Shown: in pieces, positions 61,521 to 64,000 of the stretch | How positions within the stretch are numbered: position 1 is the first letter of the stretch | Layout of the letters: the number at the start of each line of letters is the position of its first letter | From: Eutreptiella sp. 'Long Island Sound 2002' | Lineage: Eukaryota; Protista; Euglenida | Length of the DNA stretch: 64,000 bases | Reading direction: 5' to 3' | NCBI GenBank assembly: GCA_964036045.1 | Contig: OZ038378.1 | Location: forward strand, 179,056,001 to 179,120,000 | Translations under genes and position numbers: made by a program | Notes under the pieces: model-generated | Seen by the model: only the letters and a program-made list of their open reading frames with translations | The model's database searches: none | Told to the model about the DNA's origin: nothing

Positions 61521-61922
61521 CCCCCCCGCCCCCCCCGTGTCCAGCAAACAATTGGGCCCGAAATTAATACAGTCCGAACGGGAGTGTTCGTTGGACACGC
61601 CGTTCGGTGCGCGCGACAATATTGTGAAACGGCGGTAACACGTCCCTCGGCACAAGATACCCAGCCCATTCAGTCATGGTGGCCAATAGAGGTCCTGTAG
61701 TTGAGGGACACCGTTCCCTCACAACTTGCTTTACAAATTTGCCCACCAATACTACAAGATACATCACAACAGCCCCTCATTTCCGCAATCCTTTAACCTG
61801 AAACCTCCGTTCTGAAATCTGGGACCTAAGTCAGTACCCAATTAATTAGGTCCCAAATTAATACAGTCCGAACGGAAGTGTTCGTTGGACACGGTGTTCG
61901 TTGGACACGGGGGGGGGGGGGG
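61521..61922. mobile_element. Poly-C TIR family copy E5 (402-bp MITE-like)
   Basis: TA on both sides (61519-61520 and 61923-61924). TIR C-run+GTGTCCA.C.AACA. Direct repeat AAATTAATACAGTCCGAACGG.AGTGTTCGTTGGACACG at 61561 and 61855. Confidence 0.85.
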
Positions 61923-62519
61923 TACAGCACAGGTGCACTCAGAAACTGAGTTGGGCAGAGATCCATGCATCATGCTGGCATAACATGTGTGATTCCTTCA
62001 ATCCACACACCTTTTCACCATTTTCAACCGGACTCTTGTCCCCCACTTGTGTTTTTTTTTAATTTGTCCCGTGATTTTTTGAAACTGCAACACTTGTCCA
62101 CCCCCCCCCCCCTACCGGGTGAAATTTCGCCTACCGCGGGAGCCCTTTTTCGTGCCCCCCCCCCCCCCCCCCATCCCCCCGTGCCCCCCTCTGGTGGCCA
62201 CTTCCTGCACGCCTGCCGGCCCCGATTTGCTCCCCTTTGGCGCCATTGCCATACGTCCCGGCGATCAGCGGGGGTTCCGCCTCGAAGCTCTGTCCTTCAT
62301 TTTTTTGGTTCTTCCGCCACTCCAATGTACGGCCCCATGTGGGGAGTGGAATCGTGCTTGTGCCACGGTCCATGATAGTCTGACTTGCCGGTGTCACCAA
62401 TTGAGGGGGGGGTGGGGCTCGCAAGGGTATTTCAAGGCAAACCGTGTTACCCCCACTGATGCAAAGAAACACAACACGGGCGAAGCTACTTGGGTGATGC
62501 AACCACCACAGCCTCGAGC

Positions 62520-62690
62520 CTTGAGAGTTGAGCACTCTCATAATCCACTGGAGTGACCCAACAAGGGTGTATATACCGCATGTGGCAACACTGCGACCCA
62601 TTGGTGAAGGCCCTAAAACAGTGGCCAACACATGTGCACCAAGCGTGCGTGAGTGGTACCATACACAGTCACCGGAAGAAAACATCGTGG
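62520..62690 (-). pseudogene. Tudor/SH3-like fragment related to the E-family cargo N-terminus
   Basis: FSSGDCVWYHSRTLGAHVLATVLGPSP, then frameshift to GSQCCHMRYIH...VDYESAQLSR; lies between C-runs (~62100-62170) and G-runs (~62878-62908). Confidence 0.4.
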
Positions 62691-64000
62691 GTCTGACAAA
62701 GGGACACGACACCTTGTGCACCGCCTCAGAAGAGAGAATATTACAGAATACACACAGGTGACTGATTTGAAGTGATGGGAAAGCAACACAAGAACTTGTG
62801 TGTGTGACACATGGGGAACACAACCCAATGCAAAGAAAATCACCTTGCAAAACAGTGAAGTGACGGTCTCCCTCTCAGGGGGGGGGGTTGCATTGGGGGG
62901 GGGGGGGGTGCGTACCAAGAACGTCTCAGCATCTAAATGCCCAAGCCCTGCAGCTCCCATGAAGGCCTCCCCCGTCTGGTTTCCTATTCCTTATTCCACC
63001 AGCAACTCCTGCTCGTGCATCAGCCATTCCCCCCCCCCCGCGCCGCTCCTTGCTTGTGCAACGTCTCAAAGGGTCCGAGGCACCACATACGGAACTTGAG
63101 AAGACGTCTGTCATTGGCCGCTGCCCGGTCCAGCACCACCTTCACACCATCCTGGTCCATGCATTCCGAAATCTCGTCTTGTGGGTGTTAATGAGCACCG
63201 GAGGGGGGGGGGGGGGGCAAAAACAGAAATGTGTCTAGGACAAGAATGCAAAACATATGTTTTTGGCAAAACGTTGGTTTTGACCCTTCCCACCCACCGC
63301 CCAGCCACCCCCCAAAATGGGGTACCTGGGTAGGGTGCCCTGCCCACAAAGCAACACATCAAAGGCATATGACAGGCGAATCTTAAGCGCAAAAGTCTAC
63401 ATTAAACGGTAATTTTGTTTGGGCTCACTACACAAAGATCACAACGATTTTCTCCTTGGATGGCAACATATGCTGAGCTGCTGAGGTTTTCCGGCATCCA
63501 CCTCATGAGCAAAGACTCTTTTTTTTGTGTTCGACTTTCGATGTGTGCGATGTCAACCAGTCGACCAGACGGCTGAAAGTGCCATGAAATTACTCAGGTA
63601 ACATGCTGGAGTCAAGTGCCTCTGAGATTTGACAATGCCAAGCCTCCACAGGGTGAGTGTCTTGGTGAGGTCTGTGCATCTCACATCCACTCAATGGAGT
63701 ACACCATCTAGTACAGCTATCGCTGTCACGCCGGAAGGGCATCAAATACAAGAAAATCGTGGATGCGTGCACCGTTATCCAGTGGCCCACAGTGATCCAC
63801 TTCATGAGCAAAGACTCATGGAGCATTGACATCTGGTCGTCTACCAGCCGCCTCAGGAGTAGAAACACAGGTTTAGCCACATACACTGAGAAAGCAAGTC
63901 CAGATGATACACTACGCCTGTCATTTGCACAGTGGTGCCAAAACGAGTCTGCCAAGCCACATAGACAGCAGATACACTGGGTACAAGAAATAGAAAATAC

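Overview
Repeat-dense eukaryotic DNA, probably from a large protist or algal genome (inferred from GT-AG splice-like signals, the eukaryotic transposon families present and the absence of operons, rRNA or tRNA). Positions ~181-14373 are a tandem satellite of ~590-bp units (~24 copies). The rest is mostly nested, decayed mobile elements: PIF/Harbinger-like elements with 11-bp near-palindromic arrays, a gag-like + tyrosine-recombinase element with no RT, two LINE ORF1-like copies (RRM-like + 2xCCHC + RS tail, one with a clean 836-bp inversion), a young 5'-truncated LINE with RNase H, a MULE relic, Copia-RT and AP-endonuclease scraps, and a 1.2-kb foldback with hairpin ends. Host-like coding sequence is limited to a ZNHIT2-like zf-HIT exon and a D-box/CDK-site-rich ORF. 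The most interesting signal is a family of at least 5 non-autonomous elements with poly(C)/poly(G)-capped TIRs, TA target duplications, same-orientation subterminal repeats and a shared unassigned Tudor-like cargo ORF. One copy sits in the satellite, and two other satellite units carry TA-CGG-TA footprints at the same TA, consistent with cut-and-paste excision. All family assignments come from motifs read by eye; no searches were run.
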